Under the pieces are notes generated by a model, which worked only from the letters and a program-made list of their open reading frames with translations, ran no database searches and was not told the DNA's origin. From the NCBI RefSeq assembly GCF_006345805.1, contig NW_021824661.1, forward strand, positions 1 to 36,914: 36,914 nucleotides of DNA, written 5' to 3'. The position numbers and the translations under genes are program-made. Source of the stretch: Octopus sinensis. Taxonomy: Eukaryota. Below are positions 35,826-36,914 of the stretch, in pieces; position 1 is the first letter of the stretch; every line of letters begins with the position of its first letter.

Positions 35826-36845
35826 CAGCGTGGTTGCACTATTCATTATATCATTTTCATGCATAATCCTACGGATAATATAGTATATTTCTTAGTCAAA
35901 GTATGATAGTGGAATTATAATATATTTATACACTATGCATATCTAATAAGGTAATGTTCACAATCTCAATCTAATTTGGTTTCGTCAGTACTCATGGGTT
36001 CAGAAACGTAGGTGTATAATCACTGGCAGTATTTCTTTAGTAACTATTAACGAATATTACATCCGGTCACATTCAACATGAAACATAACAGTTGAGTTGC
36101 GTGAATGCTTAACATAGTTTGTATAAGAAGAAAACAAACTTCAAATTAACTAAAACTACCGCTGTAATAAAGATAGGTGAGCAATAAGCACAATGACTAA
36201 TGTTATTCCCATGTAGTCGATAATACCCACAATAAATCAACTGATTTCACAATTGGTGTGCGAAGAAAATTATATAATACACCATAAATCACAAGAATTA
36301 ATTAATTGTATCACTTCGTTCCCTCTCTAAATCAAATTTGGGTTATAAAGCCATGAAAAAGCAACCGGTTCTCTCTAGGTAAAATGTCACAGTTTTCAAT
36401 TAATAGATTTACATGAAATTCGATGTATTTAAAGTCACACATATAATACCATATCAGTTAAGACATATCTATAGCATTTAATTCATAGAAAATATGTAAC
36501 ATAAACTAATATCATATAATTTATTGTAAATACCTAATGTAACATATATGATTTACACTTACCATATATAATATTTCACTCTGTTCCAAATGTCTATAAG
36601 TCTCATGATACACTAAATAATCATTATTCTTGAGTTCTACATCAATTTTCACCGAATCGCGGCCATGCAAGGGCAAAACCTCAATAGCTCTATAAAAACG
36701 ACACGTGCATAGAAATGTGCTATATATAAATATATATATATAAACACATACAGGCATATATATCTATATAAATACATATATAAAATATTAATGAGTAACA
36801 AAGATGTATAAATGTCAATTCATACATACATACATACATATGCAC

Positions 36846-36897
<52 letters not shown>

Positions 36898-36914
36898 ATG
36901 TATCGTTGGCGATT

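Overview
AT-rich eukaryotic non-coding DNA, almost certainly from an Octopus (coleoid cephalopod) genome. This is inferred from the tRNA/CORE-type SINE families I recognise and the extreme microsatellite load. I can support no intact host protein-coding gene; nearly all long ORFs in the track are translations of (AAT)n, (CAT)n, (GATA)n or (TA)n arrays. The window is a layered transposon graveyard. It holds four tRNA-derived SINE families (two with swapped 3' tails), a decayed IS630/Tc1-like transposase split by a SINE, and remnants of R4/Dong, HERO-like, CR1/L2-like and probably Penelope-like retroelements, plus three MITE-like foldbacks. The best signals are: (1) an intact minimal type-I hammerhead ribozyme at 12643-12687 next to a Penelope-like remnant; (2) a three-copy repeat family with a hammerhead-like fold carrying a recurrent core substitution; (3) a 3' stem-loop shared with compensatory changes between a LINE end and several SINE tails; (4) a SINE flanked by a 93-bp duplication; (5) a head-to-head SINE pair able to form a ~400-bp dsRNA. 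All alignments and folds were done by eye, so coordinates of decayed elements are approximate.
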